A stretch of 64,000 nucleotides of DNA from an uncultured delta proteobacterium (GCA_963787125.1 CAWBBV010000011.1:32001-96000); one strand, 5' to 3'. Positions 52,789 through 63,414 are shown, counted from the first letter of the stretch. The notes: generated by a model from the letters alone, not told the origin. Numbers and translations: made by a program.

Positions 52789-52821
52789 AAACTGGCAGAT
52801 GAATGCCGTTGCGAAGGAATT

Positions 52822-55800
52822 TTGATAACCATGAACATCAGATCAGTTACTGAAACTCATCTACGTAACAGCTACCGGACAGTAATGTCGGTTCTGTCCG
52901 GTATTGTCCTGCTGCTGCTTCTTCCCGGGGCTGTCTGCGCCGGGAACATCACCTCCACAACTTCATTCACCCCTGCCCAGGCCGGTCGCAGCTGGATGGA
53001 TGTAGGTGGCGTCTGGAACGGCGCGGCTGTTGTCCCTGCCGACACCTTCACTCTTACTCTCAGCAATGCCGCCTCCATATCCTACGACATGCTGGTATTG
53101 GTAAACCTGCCGGCCAACTTCAATTATGTCCCCGGTACGGCTTCAGTCAGCGGCAATGCCAGCTGTACGACCGTGCCGACGGTTGCCGCCTCACAGGTAG
53201 CAGATATTCTCAACTTCAACCTCGGGCCGGTAGTCGGCCTTGTAGGTTATGACATGCCGGTCGGCTGTGCCCTTACTTTTACTTACGGGCTAACTGTGGC
53301 GTCACCGAAAACTGATGGCACATATCTGGTGATTCCTGCCTGGCAAGGGGCAGTTGTGGACGGAGGGGTGCGCAATCTGTCACCGATACAGCCATCGGGG
53401 AATACCACGCAAAGCGTGCTGGTACAGAACGGCGCCACTATCATCACCAAAAACCAGAATCCCGCCGGAGTGCCGAAAACTGTCGGCGATGCGGTCAACT
53501 GGGATGTGGCGGTGGTTAATACCGCCTTGGGCGGTCTTTTCGATGTCGATATCAACGAAAGCGCCATCAACCCCGGCGCCGCGCTCACCCTGACCGGCAT
53601 GGCCGTTACCGCTCCGGCATTACCGACTGCATCGTCGCCGTCAGCGGCAGTCAGACGCCTTCCCTATCTTGCACCGGGGGTCACTTATTCAGCAACAGTC
53701 AACAGTACGGTTACTGCCTGCACCAACATTGACAATACTGTCACCACTACCGACACGACAGGCGGGACAGCCAAAAACACCAGCGGCCATGTAGCCCTTG
53801 AGCTGAAAGAACCTGCCATCTCCGTCACCGTGCCGCCGATTACCGTCCCCTATGGCGGCAGTGCGCCTGTGTCCATCCCGGTACAGAACACCGGCGCCGG
53901 TCCGGCGTCAGCGCTCACCCTGCATACCGATCTGCCCTCCCATAACCTGACGGTAAGCGCTGTGGCTGGCGGCTGGACCTATAGCGGCGTCACCGGTATT
54001 TTTACCTATACTGCCGGCAATCTGGCCAGCGGGGCGACCAGTACCCTTTCCTTTAACCTGGCGGCAACCTCTGTCTGCACCTTCTCTTCCCAGACGATCC
54101 AGTGGACCCCCTACTTCAATAATGTCTGCAATACCACCAACTATGCTGTTCCGATCCAGTTCAGCACGGTCAGCCCGGATCCGGCAGTGCCGACGGTTAC
54201 CCTCAACAAGACCACTCCATCCAACCGGGTTATCGCGGGACAATCCTCCAGCTACACCCTCAGCCTCTCGGCAACCAACCTGGCCAATATCAGCACCAAT
54301 CCGCTCGTGGTAACCGATGTTCTCCCGGCAGGCATCACTTTAGTCAACCTGACTATCCCCCCCGGAACGACTGCAACCTGCCCTGGCGGCTGCGACGGCG
54401 GTAAAACCATAACCTGGACCGTCACCAAAGCGCAGCTGCCGGTACCCGATCTCGTAGTCGGTTTCACTGTGCCGGCTGGCAGCCCCTGCCTTGGCGGAAC
54501 CACCATTAATAACAGCTCCTCGGTGGTCGCCTCCTCCACCCAGGCCTGTTCACTCACCACCACCTCCCCGACAGCTTCGATTCTGTTAGAAAACAATCCG
54601 ACTTCCGTCAGTCAGCTGTTCGACCTGGATTCATCAGTGACCGCCGCCACCAATTTTGAAACCGGCAATGTGGATGCCGCCCCGCTGGGAGTGCGTAATG
54701 CCGGAGAAGGCGAATTCATCCCCTTCAAGGCGTCGTACTCCTTTATTGGCGGCAGCGCCACCTGGTCAGGCAGTAACTACAAAGACAATTTTGCCGGCCT
54801 TGTGAACAATGTGACTCTTGTCTCCAGCACTCTGGAAGTCTCCATAAATAGCGGCGGCAGCTGGATTCCCCTGCCGAACATCAACTTCCCCGCCAGCAAC
54901 TTCACCTGCGGCAGCGGTGGCATTGCCACTAATAACTGTGCAGGTGGTTTGACCATAAATCTTGACCCTCTTAACGGCGTGGCATTCTTCAACAACGACG
55001 CTGTTGCCGGTACGACGGTCCAGTTCCGTTATCGCCTGTCTGCCTCCGACCAGGCGCTACCGCTGCCAGGAACGTCCCGGAGCTTAACTGAACTGGTAAC
55101 CCTGCATCTTAATGGAGCCAGCAGTGGCTGCGGGTCAACGGATTACACTCAAGGGGCCTTTTACTCCATCAGCCGCGCCGTGCCGGTGCCAACCTTAAGC
55201 GCCACCCACGTCAGCGACGGCACCACTGCTTCGGTCATCGACATCTGCGAACCGCTCAATTTCACCCTCAACGTCGGCAACGGCACTGCCTTTAATCCTT
55301 CCAATATCCTTGCCACCATTCTTAACAGTACCAGCAACTACACCTATGCGGATCCGCCCGTGCCTACTTACAGTGGCCTGTTCACTGCCGGCAATATCGT
55401 TTACACACCAAACGCCGGGATTGATCCGACCTTTGCCCTCAATCCTGCGATGACAACCCTCAGCGCCAGCGGTGCCATCACCTTCCGCGGCTACCGCAAG
55501 GCGTCGTCCGGCGTGTCGCCGACGTCACTCACCGCCCGCATCGACTATGATGATACCCAGTATAATTCAACCGGAGCCCGCGATTTCAGCCCGACCGGGG
55601 TCGCCCCCGGGGTGACTGCCGGCTGGACACCGATGTTTGTCCGCAGCGGCAATATTACCGTGCTCACCACGCCGCAGAACTTTACCATCACCTCCAACAA
55701 AGCCACTTGGGATGTGTACGTAACCAACGGCGGTAACGGCGTCGCCTACAACGCCCAGTTGAGCAATATCGTCGGTAACGCGTCGGCTCCCTATGGCATG

Positions 55801-58800
55801 TCACCAAACGCAGCTGCCACCGACGCAGCCAACGCTGCTACCAGCTGTCTGCCGAACCTCAACTGTAATGTTTCGGTCGTCGGGCAGGTGATGAACTGGA
55901 CTCTGGGGGACATCCCTCCGGGAGCGACCAAAAAAATTACGGTAGTAGTCGATGTCACCGCCGGAATCTGCACCATCGCCATGCCGGCCAACAGCATTAC
56001 AGCTCGCTGGGGGTGCGGCGGCGTCTGGCAGCAGACCCAGACCTCCAACTCTCCCAGTTTTACCCTGCCGACCGGTCAGATACAGGTAGTGCACGACTCA
56101 ACTGCTTCCGTCTGCAAGCTGTGCGAAAACGGCACTGACCAGGTTGTGGTTCGTAATACCGGCTCGGCCCACATTTACAATACCATCGCTTCGGAGGTTC
56201 TCAATACGGCAACTACCGGCATCGATATAATCACAGGTACAGTCGAGTACCAGACCGTCGGTTCCAGCGGTACCAGCCTCTGGATTGCGGGTGGCAATCC
56301 CACCGGAGCGGGCACAGGTGCAAGTCCGTACCAGTGGAGTTCCGCCCAGATCCCGCCCCTGGCAGACCTGGTGCCGGTGGGTGAAGTCGGTGTTTATGAA
56401 GTGCGCGTAAGATTTTCTCTTTCCAGCACCAACCTGACCAGCTCTGTCTTGCCGACTCTGACTGCTTCCGCAAGCGGCATCATTGCCTGCGGTACTGCGG
56501 TCAGCTCACCCGGCACTCCTTTTAGCGTACCGGTGCAAAAGCCAGACATATCTGTTAACAAAACCGGCATCAACCGGACCGTAGCAGGCGGCGCTATCGG
56601 TAGTGGCGCTTTTAGCGATACCACCTTTGCGGGCAACGGTGACATAGTGGAATGGAAGATCACCGTCCAGAACGCCAATACCGTAGTGCCGACACACAAC
56701 ACCCGCTTTGCCGATATATTCACTGCCAATAATGCCACCCTCAGACAGCTGGTACAGAACGACAACGGTGACGCCAACGGTGTCATCAGCAGTGACAGCG
56801 GCCTCCTCATTAGTCCGATTCCTCCTTCAACGACGCGGACTTTCTATATTCAGGAAACCGTTGGCAATGCCTGCATCTCAAGCAACAACACCGCCGATGT
56901 TACCTGGGGATGCACCGCTGCCGTTGACGCAAAAGGTCGCAATGCGCTGATAAATCCGCCGACAGTTGTGGCTAAAAACCTCGACCCGTCGGCACTGAAC
57001 ATGACCCCGGCCTTTGGCGCTTTTGCTGCTGCCGGCACCCAAACCATAACTAGTCTTCCAGGCGGACGGGCAAGTATTGATGTGCGGGTCACTAATACCG
57101 GCGGGACCGCCGCTGGACTGTTTTTGACTGATACTTTTCCGGCCGGGATGCAGCTGGATGCGTCAGTCGCGCCGGCATTTATCGCCGGTTCCACCGGCGT
57201 GGCGCCGGCTGCAGGCGGCACATGCCCGGTTACCGTCCCCGCCTCCTGTGTAACGGGAGTAACAACCGGCGGGACTGCAACCGTGCCGATCTTTACCCTT
57301 AATGGATTTCTGCGCAACGGCGCTACTGCCATACTGCGATACTTTGTGCTGCCGACAGTCTACGACACGACTGCCGCCACAACCTTTCCGGCACTGGTGA
57401 CAAATGAACCGAACCCTGCGCTTGATCCAAATCCGCCGGCGACCGCCAACAACAAGGTTGACCTCTCGTATATAAATTCCTGCAGCGGCCTTCCCAGCAC
57501 TTTGACCAATCTTACCAACCTCGACCTGCTGACTCCAGATCTGGATTTAGTCACTCTGGGTACACCGAATCAAGTGGTGAACACGTTGCCAGTGAACTTC
57601 ACCTTTACAATCAGAAACAACGGAGATGCTCTTTCGGTAGCCGACCAAATAACCTTTCAGCTGCAGAATGCTCTCCCCGGCCCCCCCCTGCTGCTTGGCG
57701 GTGGCTGGAGTGTTAACACTGTACGTGTCACCACTCCGGGGACCGGCGGTATTCTCAATGCTAACTGCATTCAGATCGGCGGAGTCTATACTTGCACTCC
57801 GGCACAGATCGGCACTTTGCGATCAGGGCTCATCCAACAAGCCATAGTTACTGTCAATGTGACCCCCCTTGATAACGGGCTGCCGCTGACCATGCCCGGC
57901 ATGGTTACCGGTGCCCTCTTCGACCAGAACAACGCGGCCACCGGCAATAACTACAGCCTGGATCAGGCCCGTTACCGGGTCATCGGCTTCAATACCACCA
58001 AAACCCAGCTGGCGACCAGTGAGGCCTTCACGGTCAACCCCGATGTGGCCATCGGCGAAGAGGTTACCTATCGGCTTCGGGCCCGCTGGTTCGGCGGGAT
58101 TCCGGGTGAAAATTTAACTGCCGTCACGGTACGCGACACGACTTATGACCCGGGTCCCACTGCGCCGGGACGATTCGGCTATGTATCTTCGGCGCCGACC
58201 GGTTCGAACACTGTGACTATAAACAGTACCACTCCTACGTTACTGGCTGGAGCCACTGCGGTACGTGGTGCCCGGGTCGATTTCGGTATAGCTGATATCA
58301 CGACCGGATCAGGCACTTTCGAGGTGGACATGATCACCCGTGTCATGAATGACCCCCTCAATACCAGCGGCAGCCTTCTTCCCAACAACCTGGGAGAATC
58401 CTTCACATACCTTGGGCAGATTTTTCGCTCCAACAGCGCCAACGACGGCTTTGCCGGTGGCACCGCCTTTGCCGCGCTTCACGCCGTGCCGGCAGCTCAA
58501 CCCAGGGTGCAACGCCCAATCGTTACGGTCGACAAACAGGTGCGCAACGTCACTACCGGCAGCCCCTTCGGCCATGGCGGCGGCGGCAACGGCAGCGATA
58601 TTTTCGAATTCCGCGTTGTCCTCGCCAACTCCGGCTCGGCACCTGCTTTTGATCTGTCGCTGGTGGACAACCTTCATGCCAAACTGGTGATGATTGACGG
58701 CGCAGGCGACGGTGTTGATAACGATGGTGATGGCACAACTGACAGCGGTGACCTGGAAGGTACTTATGTTACCGGTGCCGGTGGTAGCGTCATCTTCAAT

Positions 58801-60537
58801 GAAGCAAATACCGCTATGCCGACTGCCGGGCGGAAATTTGCCCAGCTTGACCCAACGAAATCGATTACTCTCCTTTTCAGAGCTACCGGTGATGTGCTCA
58901 CTCTGGTTGGCGGAGAAATCCTTCCCAATACCGCCACTGTTACCTACAGTACCCTCCCTGGCGCTTCCGGAAACCAGACCGCTCCGATCGGCGTTGCGGG
59001 TGCTGCTGACGGCGAAGCAATTCTGAACGCCAGCGACACCATCAATATCAACATCTCCCGGGTCAGCGGCTACGTCTACAACGACCTGAACCACAATGCT
59101 ACCCACGAAGGTGCCGAAGGGTATACCGGACTCCCGGTTATTGCCGGACCACTCGCCACCCTCCATGTCAAACTGATCGACACCACTTCGCCGGGCTCAG
59201 CCATAGCAGTGGCGACCGTTGATCCGGCCACCGGTGCCTACAGCTTCGGTACGGTTCCACCGGGAAATTATACCGTCATTGTTGACGACAACATCACACT
59301 CACAGATATCACCCCCTTCATCCCTGCGAACTGGTTCGGCACCGAAACCCCCACCCAGTCTCGCAGTTTCAGCCTCCCTCTTGGCGGGGCGGCAACAGAG
59401 CTGAATTTCGGCTTCTACCAGGGGATCAAGGTGTCCGGTGTCGTGTTTAATGACAACGGTATCGGCTGCGGAATTCCCGGTCCGCCACCTACCTGTGCCA
59501 ACAACGCAACTCTTGACGGGTCGGAACAGGGAATAGCCAAAGTCACGGTCAAGGCTACCAACGGCGGGGCCACGACTTACGACACCACCACAACTGACGC
59601 TACCGGTGCCTATACGCTCTGGCTGCCAAGTATCGCCACCACCACGGAGATAGTCGAAACCAATCCAGGCAACTACATCTCCACCGGCGGCAGCCCCGGA
59701 ACTACAGCCGGCGGTCCGGGCGGAGTCTACACCCGCGCCACTGACAGAACCAGTTTTACCGCCTCTGCTGGGAGCACCTACACCGGCGTCAATTTTGCCG
59801 ATGTCCTTGGCAGCGAATTCCTCACTGACGGCACCCAGTCGGGCATGGCAGGCGCGGTACTCTATTACCCGCATACCTTTACCCCTCACAGCGGCGGCTC
59901 CGTCCAGTTCACTGCTACATCAACTGCCAGCCCGGCAGTTACCGGCTGGAACGAGATGATTTTTCAGGATTCTAACTGCAATGGGATAATTGATGCTGCT
60001 GAACCGCAGATAACAGCGGCAATCAATGTCAGTTCCGGTCAGACCATCTGTATTCTCATCAAAGAGTTCATCCCTGGCGGAGCGCCGACCGGTGCGGAAA
60101 ACAAAATTACGGTCACCGCCGCCTTTACCTACACCAATGCACCGGCGCCCATGCCTGTTACCAGCATGACTCATACAGATGTGACCACGGTAGGCGCTGC
60201 CAAGGGTGCAGGACTGACCCTGGTGAAGTCAGTCGACAAGACAGCCGCTCTCCCCGGGGATACCCTGATATACACCATAACCTACGGAAATAACGGCCTT
60301 GGCAATTTGAGCAATATTGTCATCAATGACACGGTGCCTACGTATACCAACCTGTTGTCAAACTGCTGCGTTAACCCCGGCAGTGTCTGCCTTGGAACCC
60401 CCGTCACTCCGTGGCCGCTGAATATATCCGCCTGCACCCCCGCCTTCAGCGGCAATGCTGTCTCCTGGGCACTTATCGGCACTCTGGCCCCGGGGAATAC
60501 CGGTCAGGTTAAGTTCAGTGTACAGATTCAACCATAG
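52822..60537 (+). CDS. Giant (2571 aa) DUF11/SdrD-B-like repeat surface protein, putative adhesin (start may be ATG 52831)
   Basis: Signal-like N-terminus; many xxK..GD..Y/W..N.G...D..P repeats; VSGYVYNDLNHN and VSGVVFNDNG; numerous Cys pairs. Confidence 0.85.
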   Translation: MITMNIRSVTETHLRNSYRTVMSVLSGIVLLLLLPGAVCAGNITSTTSFTPAQAGRSWMDVGGVWNGAAVVPADTFTLTLSNAASISYDMLVLVNLPANFNYVPGTASVSGNASCTTVPTVAASQVADILNFNLGPVVGLVGYDMPVGCALTFTYGLTVASPKTDGTYLVIPAWQGAVVDGGVRNLSPIQPSGNTTQSVLVQNGATIITKNQNPAGVPKTVGDAVNWDVAVVNTALGGLFDVDINESAINPGAALTLTGMAVTAPALPTASSPSAAVRRLPYLAPGVTYSATVNSTVTACTNIDNTVTTTDTTGGTAKNTSGHVALELKEPAISVTVPPITVPYGGSAPVSIPVQNTGAGPASALTLHTDLPSHNLTVSAVAGGWTYSGVTGIFTYTAGNLASGATSTLSFNLAATSVCTFSSQTIQWTPYFNNVCNTTNYAVPIQFSTVSPDPAVPTVTLNKTTPSNRVIAGQSSSYTLSLSATNLANISTNPLVVTDVLPAGITLVNLTIPPGTTATCPGGCDGGKTITWTVTKAQLPVPDLVVGFTVPAGSPCLGGTTINNSSSVVASSTQACSLTTTSPTASILLENNPTSVSQLFDLDSSVTAATNFETGNVDAAPLGVRNAGEGEFIPFKASYSFIGGSATWSGSNYKDNFAGLVNNVTLVSSTLEVSINSGGSWIPLPNINFPASNFTCGSGGIATNNCAGGLTINLDPLNGVAFFNNDAVAGTTVQFRYRLSASDQALPLPGTSRSLTELVTLHLNGASSGCGSTDYTQGAFYSISRAVPVPTLSATHVSDGTTASVIDICEPLNFTLNVGNGTAFNPSNILATILNSTSNYTYADPPVPTYSGLFTAGNIVYTPNAGIDPTFALNPAMTTLSASGAITFRGYRKASSGVSPTSLTARIDYDDTQYNSTGARDFSPTGVAPGVTAGWTPMFVRSGNITVLTTPQNFTITSNKATWDVYVTNGGNGVAYNAQLSNIVGNASAPYGMSPNAAATDAANAATSCLPNLNCNVSVVGQVMNWTLGDIPPGATKKITVVVDVTAGICTIAMPANSITARWGCGGVWQQTQTSNSPSFTLPTGQIQVVHDSTASVCKLCENGTDQVVVRNTGSAHIYNTIASEVLNTATTGIDIITGTVEYQTVGSSGTSLWIAGGNPTGAGTGASPYQWSSAQIPPLADLVPVGEVGVYEVRVRFSLSSTNLTSSVLPTLTASASGIIACGTAVSSPGTPFSVPVQKPDISVNKTGINRTVAGGAIGSGAFSDTTFAGNGDIVEWKITVQNANTVVPTHNTRFADIFTANNATLRQLVQNDNGDANGVISSDSGLLISPIPPSTTRTFYIQETVGNACISSNNTADVTWGCTAAVDAKGRNALINPPTVVAKNLDPSALNMTPAFGAFAAAGTQTITSLPGGRASIDVRVTNTGGTAAGLFLTDTFPAGMQLDASVAPAFIAGSTGVAPAAGGTCPVTVPASCVTGVTTGGTATVPIFTLNGFLRNGATAILRYFVLPTVYDTTAATTFPALVTNEPNPALDPNPPATANNKVDLSYINSCSGLPSTLTNLTNLDLLTPDLDLVTLGTPNQVVNTLPVNFTFTIRNNGDALSVADQITFQLQNALPGPPLLLGGGWSVNTVRVTTPGTGGILNANCIQIGGVYTCTPAQIGTLRSGLIQQAIVTVNVTPLDNGLPLTMPGMVTGALFDQNNAATGNNYSLDQARYRVIGFNTTKTQLATSEAFTVNPDVAIGEEVTYRLRARWFGGIPGENLTAVTVRDTTYDPGPTAPGRFGYVSSAPTGSNTVTINSTTPTLLAGATAVRGARVDFGIADITTGSGTFEVDMITRVMNDPLNTSGSLLPNNLGESFTYLGQIFRSNSANDGFAGGTAFAALHAVPAAQPRVQRPIVTVDKQVRNVTTGSPFGHGGGGNGSDIFEFRVVLANSGSAPAFDLSLVDNLHAKLVMIDGAGDGVDNDGDGTTDSGDLEGTYVTGAGGSVIFNEANTAMPTAGRKFAQLDPTKSITLLFRATGDVLTLVGGEILPNTATVTYSTLPGASGNQTAPIGVAGAADGEAILNASDTININISRVSGYVYNDLNHNATHEGAEGYTGLPVIAGPLATLHVKLIDTTSPGSAIAVATVDPATGAYSFGTVPPGNYTVIVDDNITLTDITPFIPANWFGTETPTQSRSFSLPLGGAATELNFGFYQGIKVSGVVFNDNGIGCGIPGPPPTCANNATLDGSEQGIAKVTVKATNGGATTYDTTTTDATGAYTLWLPSIATTTEIVETNPGNYISTGGSPGTTAGGPGGVYTRATDRTSFTASAGSTYTGVNFADVLGSEFLTDGTQSGMAGAVLYYPHTFTPHSGGSVQFTATSTASPAVTGWNEMIFQDSNCNGIIDAAEPQITAAINVSSGQTICILIKEFIPGGAPTGAENKITVTAAFTYTNAPAPMPVTSMTHTDVTTVGAAKGAGLTLVKSVDKTAALPGDTLIYTITYGNNGLGNLSNIVINDTVPTYTNLLSNCCVNPGSVCLGTPVTPWPLNISACTPAFSGNAVSWALIGTLAPGNTGQVKFSVQIQP

Positions 60538-60613
60538 GAGGCTATAACGTAACGATCGCGGCTTAGATTCGCCGCTAACTTACTGTATTTACTATATTAA
60601 CCATAAAAAATGA

Positions 60614-60642
60614 TTGACATCTAATATCTGCTGCGGTATAAA
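60614..60642 (+). promoter_or_regulatory. Sigma70-type promoter
   Basis: TTGACA-17 nt-TATAAA. Confidence 0.75.
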
Positions 60643-60855
60643 CCTGTCAACGCTTATAGCAAGCGTGACGAAAGAGAGGCTCTGAATTCAGGGCCTTTTG
60701 GTGTTTCAAGCCTTCAATAGAGGCGGCAGATGCCCGTAAATCCCACTATAAAAGGAGTTAACGGCCGGTATAACATTTTTTATGCATTGAAGTTCTTGCT
60801 CCACGGGTCAAAATGACCACCCGGCAAAGCCACCTAATCCTCCCCAAAATTACCT

Positions 60856-61479
60856 ATGAAAATAACTATTCTAATTCTCGCATTCCTCCTACTGATTGCT
60901 GTCAATAATAATCAGGCCTCGGTAAGCATGAATCCGGAACCAGTAGTAGCTGCTTCACGCGCTAGTCAAGTTACCGCAATGAAACAGCAGGAAAAAGAAA
61001 AAGACCGGATCGAAAGGCAGCAGCAGCTGCCAGCCATCACCTCCATCTTTGCCCGTCATACCAGCAGGGAGCGAGCAAATCGCCTCGCCTACCTTTGCTA
61101 CGAAACCACCATTGGCACACCATTTAAACCGATTGATCTTGCCGAACTGGCGCTTGCCGAAACCGGTGGTCATTCACTCTCAAGTCATGCCGTCTCCAGC
61201 GAAGGGGCTCTCGGTGTCTGGCAACTGATGCCTAACCGGGCAAAGAGCCACGGCTACAAGCCGGCAGAGATGAAAAAAGATGAAAAATGTGCTGAAGCTG
61301 CGGTTAAAGAGTTGAAAGCAAAGCTGACCATGGCTGCCGGTAATCTGCAGAAAGCGAAACGTCTTTACTGCGGCACCGGGACTCAGGCACGGGAGTATGA
61401 ACATAAAACCCAGAAGTATCGCCGGGAGATAATGGCGAAAATGGGGAAATCTTCCGCTGCAAAAGAGATTAAATCCTGA
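60856..61479 (+). CDS. Lytic transglycosylase (SLT domain) with N-terminal signal/anchor
   Basis: AET catalytic Glu, AVSSEGALGVWQLMP motif. Confidence 0.8.
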   Translation: MKITILILAFLLLIAVNNNQASVSMNPEPVVAASRASQVTAMKQQEKEKDRIERQQQLPAITSIFARHTSRERANRLAYLCYETTIGTPFKPIDLAELALAETGGHSLSSHAVSSEGALGVWQLMPNRAKSHGYKPAEMKKDEKCAEAAVKELKAKLTMAAGNLQKAKRLYCGTGTQAREYEHKTQKYRREIMAKMGKSSAAKEIKS

Positions 61480-61568
61480 TATAAATGACAAAGCAGACTG
61501 AAGGGATTCAGGCTGCAGGCTGAAGTAAGGTCTTAACCTTCAGTCAAACTTACCTTTTTGGAGTTTGC

Positions 61569-62369
61569 ATGAGCAGGATAACCAGCAAGTTCGAGCAGTT
61601 AAAGCGTGAAGGGCGCAAAGCTCTTATTACCTTCATAACCGCCGGAGACCCGAATCTGGCGCTCACGGAGCGGCTTGTGCCGGAGATGGCTGCAGCCGGA
61701 GCTGACATTATCGAGCTTGGAGTCCCTTTTTCGGACCCCATGGCAGATGGCCCGACCATTCAGCTGTCATCCGAGCGGGCTCTGGCAGGTGGCACGAGCT
61801 TGAAATCTATTTTAGCTTCGGTAAAAAACATCCGCCTAAAGTGTGCTACGCCGATTCTGCTGATGGGGTATTACAATCCTGTCCTTGCTTTCGGCGTGGA
61901 TAAATTCTGCAACGAGGCTGCCGCCGCAGGAGTTGACGCGGTTCTGCTGGTGGATCTCCCCCCCGAGGAAGCAGGGGATTTTCTTCGCTCGGCAACCAGG
62001 CACAAAATAGATTTCATCCCGCTCCTGACACCGACTTCGGATGCGTCACGCATCGCCAAGGTTAAAGCTATCGGCCGGGGTTTTATCTATTACGTTTCTG
62101 TGGCCGGAGTGACTGGCGCCAGAGCGAGCGTTGCCGTTGACATCGAAACTATGGTTGAAAACATCCGTGCGGAAACTGCACTTCCGGTTGCAGTTGGTTT
62201 TGGTATCTCGACCCCCCAACAGGCGGGGGAAGTGGCTAAACTGGCTGACGGCGTTGTTGTCGGCAGCGCGCTGGTCAAGCTTTTCGAGCAGTACACGGGT
62301 GATGAACTTGTCCGGCAGGTGACCGCTGCTATCCGCGCGCTCAAGGTTGGCATTGAGCAAATTGATTGA
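61569..62369 (+). CDS. trpA: Tryptophan synthase alpha chain
   Basis: [47 protein letters not shown]. Confidence 0.98.
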   Translation: MSRITSKFEQLKREGRKALITFITAGDPNLALTERLVPEMAAAGADIIELGVPFSDPMADGPTIQLSSERALAGGTSLKSILASVKNIRLKCATPILLMGYYNPVLAFGVDKFCNEAAAAGVDAVLLVDLPPEEAGDFLRSATRHKIDFIPLLTPTSDASRIAKVKAIGRGFIYYVSVAGVTGARASVAVDIETMVENIRAETALPVAVGFGISTPQQAGEVAKLADGVVVGSALVKLFEQYTGDELVRQVTAAIRALKVGIEQID

Positions 62370-62435
62370 CTTGGTAGCCGAATTCTGTTACCTGCATTTA
62401 GCGAAACTGTAAACGAATCTTTTCAGGGGTGACAT

Positions 62436-63290
62436 ATGTCCTGGTTCAAACGAAGTAAAGCTCCAATGGCAGTAATGGATGAAAAGAAAGGAAAAGCACC
62501 TGAAGGGCTCTGGTTAAAGTGCCCGGCCTGCGCTGAAACGCTGCTTACCAAAGACGTTGAGACCAATCTCAATGTCTGCCCGAAATGTGGCCATCATTTC
62601 AGAATCTCTGCCCAGCAGCGGATTGACCTCCTGCTGGATGAGGGGAGCTTTAACGAGTATGATGCCGGCATGGTCTCGGTGGATTTCCTTGAATTTAAAG
62701 ACTCAAAAAGCTATAAAGCCAGGATCGATGCGGCTCTGGCCAAAGGTGGCTCCAAAGATGCGATCATCTGCGGTGAAGGAAAGGTCGACGGGCTTGCCGT
62801 TCAACTGGCCGTCTTTGACTTCTCTTTCATGGGTGGCAGCATGGGGAGCGTTGTCGGCGAGAAAATCACCCGGGCGATCGAACGCGGTCTTCTCCACGGA
62901 AATCCTGTCATAATCGTCTCTGCTTCCGGCGGCGCGCGGATGCAGGAGAGCATTCTTTCTCTCATGCAGATGGCGAAAACCTCTGCCGCGCTTGCAAAAA
63001 TGAAGGCAAAAGGGCTGCCATTCATCTCCATCCTGACTGACCCGACGACCGGCGGCGTAACTGCCAGCTTTGCCATGCTGGGGGACGTGAATATTGCCGA
63101 ACCGAAGGCACTGATCGGCTTTGCCGGGCCACGGGTTATCGAGCAGACGATCAGGGCAAAACTGCCGGAAGGTTTCCAGCGGGCCGAATACCTGCTCGAT
63201 CACGGTATGGTTGATATTATTGTCCAGCGGAGCGAGATGAAAGCAACACTTTCCAGAATCCTCGGGATGCTCTGCAGGGTGGCGGCGTAA
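62436..63290 (+). CDS. accD: Acetyl-CoA carboxylase carboxyltransferase beta subunit
   Basis: WLKCPAC..CPKC zinc finger, [37 protein letters not shown]. Confidence 0.98.
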   Translation: MSWFKRSKAPMAVMDEKKGKAPEGLWLKCPACAETLLTKDVETNLNVCPKCGHHFRISAQQRIDLLLDEGSFNEYDAGMVSVDFLEFKDSKSYKARIDAALAKGGSKDAIICGEGKVDGLAVQLAVFDFSFMGGSMGSVVGEKITRAIERGLLHGNPVIIVSASGGARMQESILSLMQMAKTSAALAKMKAKGLPFISILTDPTTGGVTASFAMLGDVNIAEPKALIGFAGPRVIEQTIRAKLPEGFQRAEYLLDHGMVDIIVQRSEMKATLSRILGMLCRVAA

Positions 63291-63313
63291 GAGCTGCTCC
63301 CGTTACAGTTGTT

Positions 63314-63349
63314 AAAAAGCCCTTCTTGATGTATACGGAAGGGCTTTTT
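63314..63349 (+). terminator. Intrinsic terminator after accD
   Basis: AAAAAGCCCTTC-12 nt-GAAGGGCTTTTT. Confidence 0.8.
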
Positions 63350-63414
63350 CTTTGGTGCGGCAGGCCCAAATCCCTCGACTTTCACCGCTCTATTACCTAT
63401 AATTCCACGCTGAA

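Noticed and set aside
60650..60855. Second known riboswitch upstream of the transglycosylase
   Set aside because: Hairpins are present, but I cannot match GEMM, ydaO or other aptamer consensus motifs.
41483..61568. Prophage, ICE or transposon as the vehicle for the DUF11 block
   Set aside because: No integrase, transposase, tRNA or evident flanking direct repeats.
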